NCBI GenBank assembly: GCA_965237835.1
Contig: OZ250160.1
Location: forward strand, 2,530,146 to 2,594,145
Direction of reading: 5' to 3'
DNA from: Candidatus Poribacteria bacterium
GTDB lineage: Bacteria > Poribacteria > WGA-4E > WGA-3G
DNA: 64,000 bases
Positions 29,809-39,389 of the stretch are shown here, piece after piece (the stretch's first letter is position 1; each line of letters begins with the position of its first letter). Position numbers and translations under genes: made by a program. Below the pieces are notes generated by a model that saw only the letters and a program-made list of their open reading frames with translations, was not told the DNA's origin and did not search any database.

Positions 29809-30039
29809 TGGTTATTTTATGATAGCGGATTTTTCCAGTTTTGTCAAGATGGAATTGATTGCAGAGTGTGTAAAGTTTTTGTCACAGATGTTCAATGGAC
29901 CAAGAAAACTTCACTTTTTCTATTGTAGAGCGGAATCAACGCAACGTGCGCGTTTAGCACGCTGCGCGGTCTCTGTGTCCCGACAGGCTTCTTGTCTGAA
30001 CTAGTGCTTTGTCCACCTAATTTTTGTGGTCTGTAGTCT

Positions 30040-30850
30040 GTAGGTCGGGTAGAGCGTCCGCGAAACCCATAAGCGTCAATTTAAGAAAAGTCTGCGTTTT
30101 TATAAACACCTCTCAATAAGCATGAGGACTGAGATTGTCTTATATTTAGTCCCGTAGGGACGAAATGTTTATAGTACCTCGTCCTGCAAACCCATCTCTT
30201 CAGCTCCGTAGGAGCGAAATGTGTATAACGTCTTATTATAAACATATTGCCCCGCTGGGGAAATCAAAGAGCATTTTTCATATTTGAAATATCACTAAAT
30301 TGACGCCTATGGGTAGAGCGTCCGCGAAACCCGACAAGATTATTGTATCAGCACATGCCGGGTTTCGCTCTGCTCTACCCATAGGCGTCAATTTAAGAAA
30401 AGTCTGCGTTTTTATAAACACCTCTCAATAAGCATGAGGACTGAGATTGTCTTATATTTAGTCCCGTAGGGACGAAATGTTTATAGTACCTCGTCCTGCA
30501 AACCCATCTCTTCAGCTCCGTAGGAGCGATATGTGTATAACGTCTTATATAAACATATCGCCCCGTTGGGGAAATCAAAGAGCATTTTTCATATTTGAAA
30601 TATCACTAAATTGACACCTATGGGTTTCGCTCTGCTCTACCCATTAACGTCAATTTAGGCGTTTTTTGAGAATGAGACATGCTCTTTAATCCCGTAGGGA
30701 CGCAATGTTTATAGCAACGGAGGCACCCCCCCAATTCTTTAGCCCCGACGAATGCCATACGCGCATTCGGCGTTGATTTGGTAAGGGCGGAATGTTTATA
30801 ACGTGTTATTTCACATCTCACAATTAAAAAGTTGACATCTGCCCTTAGAT
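30040..30850. repeat. Mosaic REP/BIME-like repeat cluster: two ~300-bp units of hairpin modules delimited by taaattgacgcctatg...palindrome REPs
   Basis: The unit aagaaaagtctgcg...cccgtagggacgaaatgtttatag...ccgtaggagcgaaatgtgtataac...ccccgctgggg occurs twice. Related clusters lie at 36895-37510 and 49400-50120. Confidence 0.6.
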
Positions 30851-30860
30851 GTGATATACT
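30826..30860 (+). promoter_or_regulatory. Sigma-70-type promoter upstream of rpsU
   Basis: TTGACA, 17 nt, TATACT. Confidence 0.5.
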
Positions 30861-30896
30861 AACATTGTTATTTTTACCTATAGGAGGTTTGTAGAT

Positions 30897-31121
30897 ATGG
30901 TTCAAGTTGAAGTCACAGTCGATTCAGGTGAAACATTTGATAGGGCACTCGCTCGCTTCAAAAAGATGTGTGGTAAGGCGGGTGTTGTCACTGAAATTAA
31001 AAAACGGAGTTTCTACGAAAAGCCGAGCGAAAAACGGCGCCGAATCGAACTGAAACGTCAGCGGAAAGTAAAACCGCGGACGACAGAGTATCGCCCACGC
31101 TACGATAACAGTAGTAGATAG
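30897..31121 (+). CDS. rpsU: 30S ribosomal protein S21
   Basis: 74 aa, highly basic, with the S21 signature ALARFKKMCGKAGV...KRSFYEKPSEKRRR. Confidence 0.9.
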   Translation: MVQVEVTVDSGETFDRALARFKKMCGKAGVVTEIKKRSFYEKPSEKRRRIELKRQRKVKPRTTEYRPRYDNSSR

Positions 31122-31142
31122 GCGGTTCAGGAGGTAGTGTGT

Positions 31143-31670
31143 ATGTCCGTTCGGGATGTTGAGATGACTAATGGGAATTATAAAGGACTTTTAATTCAAT
31201 ATTGCCAAGAACGCGGATTGAGTCAGCCACTATTCACGGAAACACAACACGGCAGACCGGACTCACCCGCTTGGAAGGTTACAGTACATTATGGAGACAG
31301 GGTCCACGAGATGACAGAACCGATACCGGGTGCGAAAAAAGATGCTCACCAATTCGCCGCAAAACAGGTACTTGATTCAATTGGCGATAATCGTGAACGT
31401 TTGTTAGCAGGCGAGGACAATGCAACAGACGCTATTATAACCGAACCTATTGAGACAGCGGAACTTAATGAACCTCTTGAGGTGGCGTTACCGCTTGTTA
31501 CAAGTGCATTGGCAATTGCAAATGAACGACTCGGAACATCGCAGCCATCGCGTTATCGAGGTATTTCTGATGCCGAATTCTCTCGAAAGTTATCGCAGTT
31601 GACGATGCGGATTGTCAGAGATTTGGCGAAGGCAGCGGATGAAGCGAATATAAAGTTTCCGCAGACATAA
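31143..31670 (+). CDS. Hypothetical protein with N-terminal dsRNA-binding-domain-like fold
   Basis: The pattern NYKGLLIQYCQERGLSQPLF...AWKVTVHYGD...GAKKDAHQFAAKQVL matches the dsRBD alpha-beta-beta-beta-alpha consensus. GGAGG RBS 9 nt upstream. Confidence 0.45.
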   Translation: MSVRDVEMTNGNYKGLLIQYCQERGLSQPLFTETQHGRPDSPAWKVTVHYGDRVHEMTEPIPGAKKDAHQFAAKQVLDSIGDNRERLLAGEDNATDAIITEPIETAELNEPLEVALPLVTSALAIANERLGTSQPSRYRGISDAEFSRKLSQLTMRIVRDLAKAADEANIKFPQT

Positions 31671-31683
31671 GCAAGATGATGGC

Positions 31684-31712
31684 GGGGTCAGGATTCTGAC
31701 CCCGTTTTTTTA
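31684..31712 (+). terminator. Rho-independent terminator of the rpsU operon
   Basis: ggggtcagg-attc-tgaccccg followed by ttttttt. Confidence 0.65.
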
Positions 31713-31811
31713 TTGCAGTCAAGGATCTGAACCAGGATTATTTCCATCTATTGTCCTTGAATGTCCGAGGCGCAATAAATTGCGCGACTACAAACGAAGA
31801 TTTAAAATTAT

Positions 31812-32495
31812 ATGGTTGAACGGATTAAACATCGACTACGGCAAAACCGATTTTTGGCACCATTGATGGGGTGTCCTTATCCCGCACCGCGCTGGAATCG
31901 AGCTGTTAAACGTGTGATCCGAGAACTGGGACCTGACGCGCAGATTTTGGACCTGGGATCTGGAACGCATCGCCGTGCACCGAATGTGATTAATCTTGAG
32001 ATTGAAGCGACTCCGATGGTGGATGTTGTGGCGGATGGGCATTGTCTGCCGTTTGCGGATAACGTGTTTGATGCGGTTATCTCTGAGGCGGTGCTGGAGC
32101 ATGTCCGAGAACCACAGCATATTGTAGCGGAGATGTTTCGTGTGCTAAAGCCGGGTGGATATGTGTGCGCAGCGGTGCCGTTCTTGCAGGGGTATCATGC
32201 ATCTCCTCACGATTATCAAAGATGGACAGCGACAGGGTTCGTGACGTTGTTTTCTCAGTTTCGTGAGATTGAAAGCGGTGCATGTGCGGGTCCGACTGCG
32301 GCATTGCATTGGATTTTTCGGGAGTATGTCGGGCTTATATGTTCTTTTGGGAGTTTGTTGGTTGCGAAGGCTGTATCGCTTCTTGTTGGCTGGTTGACAT
32401 TTCCGTTAGTGTTGTTGGATATGTTGTTGATGTTGCATCCGCATTCGCATATTTTAGCGTCTGCGGTGTATTTCGTTGGTCAGAAAGAGACGTAA
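31812..32495 (+). CDS. Class I SAM-dependent methyltransferase (Methyltransf_11-like)
   Basis: Motif I ILDLGSGTH, motif II/III region DNVFDAVISEAVLEH...VLKPGG. Confidence 0.75.
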   Translation: MVERIKHRLRQNRFLAPLMGCPYPAPRWNRAVKRVIRELGPDAQILDLGSGTHRRAPNVINLEIEATPMVDVVADGHCLPFADNVFDAVISEAVLEHVREPQHIVAEMFRVLKPGGYVCAAVPFLQGYHASPHDYQRWTATGFVTLFSQFREIESGACAGPTAALHWIFREYVGLICSFGSLLVAKAVSLLVGWLTFPLVLLDMLLMLHPHSHILASAVYFVGQKET

Positions 32496-32499
32496 TATC

Positions 32500-32630
32500 C
32501 TTTTATTGTAGGGGTGGGCCCCGTGCCCGCCCGTCTCCCGAAATCTGTAGGGGCGGGACCGCGTGCCCGCCCATCTCCCGAAATCTGTAGGGGCGGGACC
32601 CCGTGCCCGCCCGTTTTTGTATAATTCACA
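32500..32630. repeat. Array of three ~40-bp REP elements (GTAG plus the palindrome gggcggg...cccgccc) flanking the RAYT gene
   Basis: The unit tctGTAGgggcgggaccccgtgcccgcccgtctcccgaaa is repeated three times. Confidence 0.7.
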
Positions 32631-32634
32631 ACGT

Positions 32635-33201
32635 TTATTCTGAATGTTCCAGTTCCCATTTGCGAACATTGTTGTAGATATACTCCCGCACAGATCGCAA
32701 AGCACCATCATTTCGGATAACATGGTCATGAAACGAAATTTCCCACAATTTCTTGCTAAACCGTTGCCAACCATTTTGCTTAACACCTTGGATGTATTGG
32801 TTTGTTGTTAAGGATTTGAACCGTTCCATTAGTGTGATTAAAGAAATTGATTCTTTTGAATCTGAAGGTTGCTTTGAAGTAGACAAATCTCCTCTTTCTA
32901 TCCTATTGTATTTTGGTTTGATGATAAGAATGCCATGGAAGTGGTCGGGCATGACTTGGAAAATATCTAATTCAATCTGCGGTGAATATAGCGGCAATTC
33001 TTGCCAAGTTGTTTTTACCATGTGACCGGCATCCGTTAATACAATTTTGCCGTTTTGCAGGTGTGCAAATAGACAAAAGCGGTTCTTTGTTGTGAGTGTT
33101 ACGAAATACCATCCGGGTTGGGAATAGTCATATCCAGGGAGGCGAAGGCTTTCGGATTTGGGGTAATACATCTTTTCTTTATTTCGGATGTAGCGGGGCA
33201 C
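32635..33201 (-). CDS. REP-associated tyrosine transposase (RAYT; IS200/IS605-like Y1 HUH enzyme)
   Basis: HUH motif PDHFHGIL. C-terminal Tyr motif REYIYNN. 188 aa. GTAG-palindrome REPs on both sides. Confidence 0.7.
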   Translation of the reverse strand: MPRYIRNKEKMYYPKSESLRLPGYDYSQPGWYFVTLTTKNRFCLFAHLQNGKIVLTDAGHMVKTTWQELPLYSPQIELDIFQVMPDHFHGILIIKPKYNRIERGDLSTSKQPSDSKESISLITLMERFKSLTTNQYIQGVKQNGWQRFSKKLWEISFHDHVIRNDGALRSVREYIYNNVRKWELEHSE

Positions 33202-33258
33202 GGGGTCCCCGCGCTACGTTTCTGCGGGGCACGGGGTCCCCGCGCTACAGTTATTCCA
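33190..33258. repeat. Two REP copies (reverse orientation) on the other flank of the RAYT gene
   Basis: gcggggcacggggtccccgcgctac twice. The reverse complement is GTAGcgcggggaccccgtgccccgc. Confidence 0.65.
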
Positions 33259-33259
33259 A

Positions 33260-34504
33260 TTATTCCACCGGTTGATATTTAGCTGCATCCACAAAATAGA
33301 GGAAGCCAATGCACATTTCATCTGTGGTTTTGTCTCCCCAACCGACGGGGACAGGTGGGTCGTGCGGGTTGGCTGGGTTCTTGACAGAATTGTCAAAGTG
33401 CGCAACAAGTGAAATACGCGTGCCAGCAGGAAGGAAGATCGGTTTACGATAATGATAGATGTCTTGCCAGTTGAAATCCCAATCCTGTATCCAGATAATA
33501 TCAATCGGATCGCCTGTCGGCGGTTTCGCAATGATCCGCATATCGCGTCCGAGCAGATGCATGTGTGGCATCGTGGCTAACAGATAACTATCCTTTTTGA
33601 CTTGACGCGATGCTTTCACAGGATACTTCGCCTCTCCGGCGGGGATTACGAATTTGTCGTTGATCGCCATACCGATCTCTAAAGGCGTTGTCTCCGGCGT
33701 TTTGGAGAAGTAAAGCCCAACTCGTGATTGGTCGCGTTCCGTGTGCCCAGTGCGGTAGTAATGCACCTGTAGCACGATGTCAGCACCTTTCGGTAACAGA
33801 TACCCGACACCTTTCGGTAGAACGGAAGGTCTGAGACCGGGTGCCCATCCGCCAAGTGTTCCCGCTGAATCAATGCCTGGACCGGTACCTTGTGTGACAT
33901 ACCCGGGTTTCGGGTCTTTCGCAGCAAGTTTACGGGCTTCTTCCTTCGTATCTAAATAGACAATGACGTGATGCACTGTCCTGCGGTTGCCCGGTTGAAC
34001 ATCAACGGCTTGGACATATATGTCTGTGTCAAAGTTGGTGGGAATGATAAAGTGCCGATATTCGTCTTCACCTTCCGGTTCAATTTCGTATTCCACTGGC
34101 ATTTCAAAGATATGATCAGGTTCACCGAGTGCCCACCCATCGTGGAATTTGGGGTTCGGTGGTGTTTTTGAGAGATCGCCTGCTGGTTTCCCTGCTTCTG
34201 CCCATTTGGTGATCATCTCAATCTCTTTGTCGGTGAGTCTACGTTCGTTTTTGAATTCACCATGTCCGACTGTTGGTTTCCAAGGCGGCATCAGGCGCGC
34301 TTTGGTGTATTCAGCAATTTCGGTCGCCCATGCTTTGGCGTCTCTATAGTCAGTGAGTGCAAAGGGTGCGACTTCACCTTGACGATGGCAGGATTGACAC
34401 TGTTTCTGTAGAATCGGTGCGATGTGTTCGCTGTAGGTGACTTCTGCCCGTAGGCAGGGTGCAAGTAGTGTAAACGTGATAAGTATGATTAAGAACTTTC
34501 TCAT
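33260..34504 (-). CDS. Secreted PSCyt1 (planctomycete-type cytochrome c) domain protein fused to a DBH/PHM-like copper monooxygenase-like domain
   Basis: Signal peptide. Haem motif CQSCH within HIAPILQKQCQSCHRQGEVAPFALTDY. Candidate Cu ligands HHVIVY, H~65 aa later, HMH and a downstream Met, spaced as in copper type II monooxygenases. Confidence 0.55.
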   Translation of the reverse strand: MRKFLIILITFTLLAPCLRAEVTYSEHIAPILQKQCQSCHRQGEVAPFALTDYRDAKAWATEIAEYTKARLMPPWKPTVGHGEFKNERRLTDKEIEMITKWAEAGKPAGDLSKTPPNPKFHDGWALGEPDHIFEMPVEYEIEPEGEDEYRHFIIPTNFDTDIYVQAVDVQPGNRRTVHHVIVYLDTKEEARKLAAKDPKPGYVTQGTGPGIDSAGTLGGWAPGLRPSVLPKGVGYLLPKGADIVLQVHYYRTGHTERDQSRVGLYFSKTPETTPLEIGMAINDKFVIPAGEAKYPVKASRQVKKDSYLLATMPHMHLLGRDMRIIAKPPTGDPIDIIWIQDWDFNWQDIYHYRKPIFLPAGTRISLVAHFDNSVKNPANPHDPPVPVGWGDKTTDEMCIGFLYFVDAAKYQPVE

Positions 34505-34588
34505 CGGTTCTGGATTGTCCTCCGGTTTTGTAGTTTGTTTATATTATAGTTTATTTGGTGGTGGATGTCAATCAAATTGACTATCTGT

Positions 34589-34710
34589 CAGGGTTATTTA
34601 GTTTTAGGCTTTTTGTCCATTTTATCCGAAAAGTCGCGATTCGGAGATCGCTCGGACAGCGGAAAGTCTTAAATTGAAAACCTAAATATTCGGAGAACTA
34701 AATAGCCCTG
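34589..34710. mobile_element. MITE-like element family 1 (single copy) with 8-bp target-site duplication CTATCTGT
   Basis: TIRs cagggttatttagtt / aactaaatagccctg. Flanking direct repeat ctatctgt. Confidence 0.65.
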
Positions 34711-34727
34711 ACTATCTGTAGCTTGCT

Positions 34728-34852
34728 CCGGTAATTTGTCTGAACCAGGATTCACAGGATTTTCGGATTTTCAAGGTTAGGAGTTGCGGATACAACCTAC
34801 GATGAGACGATGGGCGCGGCGTTCCTTAATCCTGAAAATCCTGGTTCAGACA
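34728..34852. repeat. MITE-like element family 2 (complete copy; IRs tctgaaccaggatt / aatcctggttcaga)
   Basis: Inverted repeats at both ends. Same family as the WD40 leader element. Confidence 0.5.
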
Positions 34853-34854
34853 AA

Positions 34855-35130
34855 AAAGCGGTGCGGTTAGGAAACCGCACCTTATGCGTCAATTTAGTGA
34901 TTTTTCGAATATAAAAAAGGCTCTTCAGTCCCGTAGGGACGATATGTTTATAGTACACCGTATAGACACGTCTCTTTAGCTCCGTAGGAGCGACATATCC
35001 CGATTCCTAATCCGATGCTAAAACATACCACCCTTACGGGCCTCAAGAGATTGACCGCCTCGTTTTCTATAAACATTGCGTCCCTACTCTCATACACGGA
35101 AAACCACTAAATTGACGCCTATGGGATCCG
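34855..35130. repeat. REP / hairpin-module cluster
   Basis: gcggttaggaaaccgcaccttatgcgtcaattta followed by several ccgtagggacgatatgtttatag-type modules. Confidence 0.5.
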
Positions 35131-35217
35131 AGTGAGGTAACCCGCCCCGCTTTAGACTTCGGCAGTCGGCTTGATGAATACCCCAAACTCGGCACCGACG
35201 GTGCCAGCACGTGGGAT

Positions 35218-35493
35218 ATGACGCGCAGAGATTTTTTAGCCGAAGCAGAAAAATACGAGGCGATCCTCACATCGCAACGGGAGGCAGGTATAGATAGAAG
35301 CCCCGATGATGTTTTCGGTAACAAATACCGAACCTTTGAATCTATACCTGATTTTATTATTTACGCTGCGTGGGAAAGTATTACAAACAATTACGACGCC
35401 CCCGCGCCCTCGCGATCCCGTATGCTGAAAGATATAGAAAAAGAAACCGACGAATCGGGGTGTTTACTTGATGACCCTGATACCTATTGGTGA
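35218..35493 (+). CDS. Hypothetical protein (may extend upstream)
   Basis: ORF only, with no recognisable domain. Confidence 0.3.
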   Translation: MTRRDFLAEAEKYEAILTSQREAGIDRSPDDVFGNKYRTFESIPDFIIYAAWESITNNYDAPAPSRSRMLKDIEKETDESGCLLDDPDTYW

Positions 35494-35523
35494 GAGACAG
35501 CAGGTACGACATTTGAAGAACAA

Positions 35524-35793
35524 GTGGAACGCGCGCAAAAAACTTTGAGTGAAAACTGGGGGAGTTTATCGCACAAGGATAAGGCAGGGACACAGGATTT
35601 TTTGCATCATTTTCAGGACAATCCGCGCGCGCTCAATCATATTGCTCAGCTCGCGGAACAGCATAAAATTGACTCCGCGCACGCGCTCAAAACGCTCTAC
35701 GAACTGAATAAAGATGCCTATACCGCACTGCAGAAAGTTGAACAGCAGGAAGACCAACCTATAGAACAAAAAGAAGATGATAAAGCGGATTGA
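35524..35793 (+). CDS. Hypothetical protein (acidic C-terminus)
   Basis: ORF only. Confidence 0.3.
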   Translation: MERAQKTLSENWGSLSHKDKAGTQDFLHHFQDNPRALNHIAQLAEQHKIDSAHALKTLYELNKDAYTALQKVEQQEDQPIEQKEDDKAD

Positions 35794-35816
35794 GAGCTGC
35801 GCGGCAGGTGCGGAAA

Positions 35817-36893
35817 TTAAGGTGTTTTAAGTTTTCCCCAGGTTACTGTCTGTTTACTTACGCCTGGGGAAACTGAGAAAAAATTTTCTGATGTCCAGAC
35901 TGGCACATGATCGCTTGAAAGACCTTCTGTCTCTTTGAGAGGTTTTCCAACACCACCTTTGGCGTCTACGAGATAAATGGTACTGTCACTAAAAATGAGT
36001 CTGAATCCATTAGCGGGGTTTGGCCACGCATCAACCTCCACAACTGAATAGGCAATCCAGTTCCCATCAGGAGACCATGCAGGATTACCAGCTCGAAATC
36101 CATTGTCCATGTCAGTTAATTTGTGGAGATTTTTTCCATCAACATCAACTGTAAAAATGTTCACACCTTCTACGCCAAAATTTCCAGCAGCAAAGGCGAT
36201 CTGCTTTCCATCTGGCGACCACGCACAACCACCCCACAGCGGTAGATCTTCTGTCACCTGTCTCAACTCCCCACCCACAGCGTTCATGACATAGATAGAA
36301 TGATTTTCTTCTCGATCGGAATCAAAAGCGATCAGCTGACTATCTGGGGACCAGGCAGGGCTCACACTGTGTCCTTGGTCAGTCAATCTTATTAAGTTGG
36401 AACCGTCCGCATCCATTCTGTAAATATCTTGGGTTCCTTCCCGATCAGAGACAAAGACAATCCATTTTCCATCGGGTGACCAAGCTGGCCATAAATCTCT
36501 CTCGGGGTGCTGTGTCAACCGGATAGACTTTTTGTTTCTAATATCCATTTTAAAAATGTCAAGATTTGCGTTTTCGTTAGATGTATAAGCAAAAAGATAA
36601 CCGTTCGGGGAACATGTGAGCGCACTTTTTCTCATTGCATCCGTTGCAAGACGTTGGAGAACTGTCCCTCTCGTATCTATAAGAAAAATGTCATAATGCC
36701 CATCCTCATTAGAAAGAAAAGAGATAACAGATTTTTCAGCCGCGTGTCCGTCCTTAACCAATTGATTGCTACCGATGAATAACACAGTTCCTAACAACAG
36801 AAGATAAACTAATATTTGTTTCATATAGACAGGTTCTCCTAATTTGAATGCACGTCTCCATAGTATACCACAACAGAAAGTTGAAATATACAA
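35817..36893 (-). CDS. TolB-like periplasmic beta-propeller protein (PD40 repeats) with N-terminal signal/TM
   Basis: Repeated AWSPDGKWIVFVSDREG..DIYRMD PD40-type blades. Confidence 0.75.
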   Translation of the reverse strand: MYISTFCCGILWRRAFKLGEPVYMKQILVYLLLLGTVLFIGSNQLVKDGHAAEKSVISFLSNEDGHYDIFLIDTRGTVLQRLATDAMRKSALTCSPNGYLFAYTSNENANLDIFKMDIRNKKSIRLTQHPERDLWPAWSPDGKWIVFVSDREGTQDIYRMDADGSNLIRLTDQGHSVSPAWSPDSQLIAFDSDREENHSIYVMNAVGGELRQVTEDLPLWGGCAWSPDGKQIAFAAGNFGVEGVNIFTVDVDGKNLHKLTDMDNGFRAGNPAWSPDGNWIAYSVVEVDAWPNPANGFRLIFSDSTIYLVDAKGGVGKPLKETEGLSSDHVPVWTSENFFSVSPGVSKQTVTWGKLKTP

Positions 36894-36894
36894 A

Positions 36895-37510
36895 TATGAA
36901 AAATGCTCTTTGATTTCCCCAGCGGGGCGATATGTTTATAGAAAAAGTGCTACCCCTAACTCTTTGGTTTCCCCAGCGGGGCAATATGTTTATAATAAGA
37001 CGTTATATACATTTCGCGGAGCTGAAGAGATGGGTTTGCAGGACAAGGTACTATAAACATATCGTCCCTACGGGACTAAATATAAGACAATCTCAGTCCT
37101 CATGCTTATTGAGAGGTGTTTATAAAAACGCATATTTTTCTTAAATTGACGCCTATGGTGCGGTTAGGAAACCGCACCATAGGCGTCAATTTAAGGAAAC
37201 GTCTATGTTTTTATGAACCCTTATCAATAGGCATGGTTATTGATATTGTCGGACATTTAGTCCCGTAGGGACGATATGTTTATAGTACACCGTCCAGACA
37301 CGTCTCTTTAGCTCCGTCCGAGCGACATATCCCGATTGGTAACCCATTGCTATAAACATTCCGCCCCTACGGGGCTGAAGAGATTGGGGTTACCACGTTT
37401 TCTATAAACATATCGTCCCTACGGGACTGAAGAGCATTTCTCATATTTGAAAAACTACTAAATTGACGCCTATGGTGCGGTTAGGAAACCGCACCTACCG
37501 GACCTGGGGA
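36895..37510. repeat. Mosaic REP/BIME-like cluster (reverse-orientation copy of the 30.0-30.8 kb unit plus extra modules)
   Basis: The perfect palindrome taaattgacgcctatggtgcggttaggaaaccgcaccataggcgtcaattta lies near 37141. Multiple hairpin+ATGTTTATA modules. Confidence 0.6.
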
Positions 37511-37561
37511 AAATCGGCTTTACCGAATTAAATACTTAAACTCATCAGCGCGGTGCGTATG

Positions 37562-38392
37562 TCAATCGAACAGATACTCAAGAAGTTGTTCACCCTCTCG
37601 GAAATCAGGAATGATAATGTCTGCCCCAACGCGAACGAGTCGCTCCCGTTTATCTGCGTTCATATTATAGATATTGTCTTCAACAGAGGCAACACCCACC
37701 GCAATCGCACCCACCGCTTTAGCATTTTCAATTTCCACATATCCATCACCAATAATAAGAAGCTCGCTGCCGCTCAATTTGAAATCAGTAAGGATCTTCT
37801 GGATCACCATCGCTTTGGAAAACTTCTTATATTCTCGTAATGCGCCCAAAATACCACCGTTAAAATATGCTGCAACGCCGAGAAGTTCCGCTTCATTCTT
37901 GACAAATTCAACGTCTGTCCCACTTGCAAGATAACATTTCATACCTGCTTTGTGTAGACTTTGTAAAAATTCAAGTGCCATCGGAACACGCAACGATTCT
38001 GCAGATAACTCCCCTGACGCAAGGTCTGCAATTCGTTGTTCAACAATTGGGAGTAACCTCTGATTGTATGCATCCTTGTATGCAAGCGGCTCCTTTGGTT
38101 TCCCGCCTCGCTTTTCGATCTCTTCACTTAGTTGAATCATCTGATAGATCGTTTGTTTACCTGTTAATCTATCCACAAATTCAACGACGATCGATTCCAA
38201 TTCCTCGCGTGTTTCTGTGGTATCGGTTTCGGTCTGGAGGAATTCAACCATCATCGGGACCATCACATTTTGCCATCCGTTTCGAATCAGGGATATAGTC
38301 CCATCAAAATCGAAAACAACATGGCGAATGTTACCTGTTTGTCCTTTGCGGTGAATTTCAATTGAGGTTCCGTCTAAAAAATCAAACTGCAT
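37562..38392 (-). CDS. HAD superfamily hydrolase
   Basis: Motif I VVFDFDGTIS; motif III/IV IIGDGYVEIENA. Confidence 0.75.
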   Translation of the reverse strand: MQFDFLDGTSIEIHRKGQTGNIRHVVFDFDGTISLIRNGWQNVMVPMMVEFLQTETDTTETREELESIVVEFVDRLTGKQTIYQMIQLSEEIEKRGGKPKEPLAYKDAYNQRLLPIVEQRIADLASGELSAESLRVPMALEFLQSLHKAGMKCYLASGTDVEFVKNEAELLGVAAYFNGGILGALREYKKFSKAMVIQKILTDFKLSGSELLIIGDGYVEIENAKAVGAIAVGVASVEDNIYNMNADKRERLVRVGADIIIPDFREGEQLLEYLFD

Positions 38393-38513
38393 AGGTTTCC
38401 TTATTTTTATTAAGATGTTGATTTCTCGCTGCTTTTCTGATAATATACTTTTCTGATAATATAAAGGGATGTAGATAATTAAGCAACGAAAAAGTTACCT
38501 CACTGGAAATAGT

Positions 38514-39389
38514 ATGGATGAAAAAGAGATTCTAAAAAAGATTCGACGTATTGAGATATTTTCTAATCGGTTGGTAAATACTATTTTTGCTGGTGAATAT
38601 GAAAGTGTTTTCAAAGGACAAGGCATTACCTTTGATGAGGTGCGAGAATATCAACCTGGTGATGAGATTCGGACGATTGATTGGAATGTCACAGCACGCA
38701 TGGGACACGCTTATGTCAAGAAGTATGTTGAGGAACGCGAGTTGGTGATGATGTTGATTGTGGACATGAGTGCCTCAACAACCTTTGGTAGCATTGCCGA
38801 AACAAAAGCAGATGTAGCTGCTGAAATTGCTGCACTGCTTGCTTTTTCCGCCATCAAAAACAATGACAAAGTAGGACTCATTTGCTTTACTGATTCAGTT
38901 GAACACTATGTAGCACCTGGCAAAGGAAAAAGGCATGTCCTACGAGTAGTTCGCGATATTCTACGTTTTAAACCAAAGAGGTTAGGAACTAATATTGCCG
39001 ATGCTCTAACATTTGCAGATCGGGTTCTCAAACCACATAGCGTTGTGTTCCTAATTTCGGATTTTATGGGAACGGATTATCAAAAGCAGCTACGCGTTAC
39101 GAGTAAGCGACATTCGCTAATTGCTATCACACTGCAAGATCGTAGGGAAGTGGAAATGCCAAACGTGGGGTTTATAGCATTACAGGATTCTGAGACCGAG
39201 GAACAATTCGTATTTGATACGCGGTCTGCACAAGCACGGGAATTATATGCAGAAATCAATAGAAATAATGCTGCGGAACGTCAGCAGACACTTAGAGCAA
39301 ATCAGGTCGATTTTATTGATATTCAAACAGATAAGTCTTATGTCATACCACTCGTCCGTTTTTTTCGCCAACGTGCTGCGCGTGGATAA
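38514..39389 (+). CDS. DUF58 domain protein (vWA-like)
   Basis: Characteristic DUF58 block EYQPGDEIRTIDWNVTARMGHAYVKKYVEERE...LIVDMSASTTFGS. Confidence 0.75.
   Translation: MDEKEILKKIRRIEIFSNRLVNTIFAGEYESVFKGQGITFDEVREYQPGDEIRTIDWNVTARMGHAYVKKYVEERELVMMLIVDMSASTTFGSIAETKADVAAEIAALLAFSAIKNNDKVGLICFTDSVEHYVAPGKGKRHVLRVVRDILRFKPKRLGTNIADALTFADRVLKPHSVVFLISDFMGTDYQKQLRVTSKRHSLIAITLQDRREVEMPNVGFIALQDSETEEQFVFDTRSAQARELYAEINRNNAAERQQTLRANQVDFIDIQTDKSYVIPLVRFFRQRAARG

Noticed and set aside
30040-30850. Possible CRISPR array in the hairpin-rich repeat clusters (also 36895-37510 and 49400-50120)
   Set aside because: Repeats are not identical or evenly spaced. The units are mosaic REP/BIME-like modules present in both orientations. 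No cas genes or leader-like architecture.
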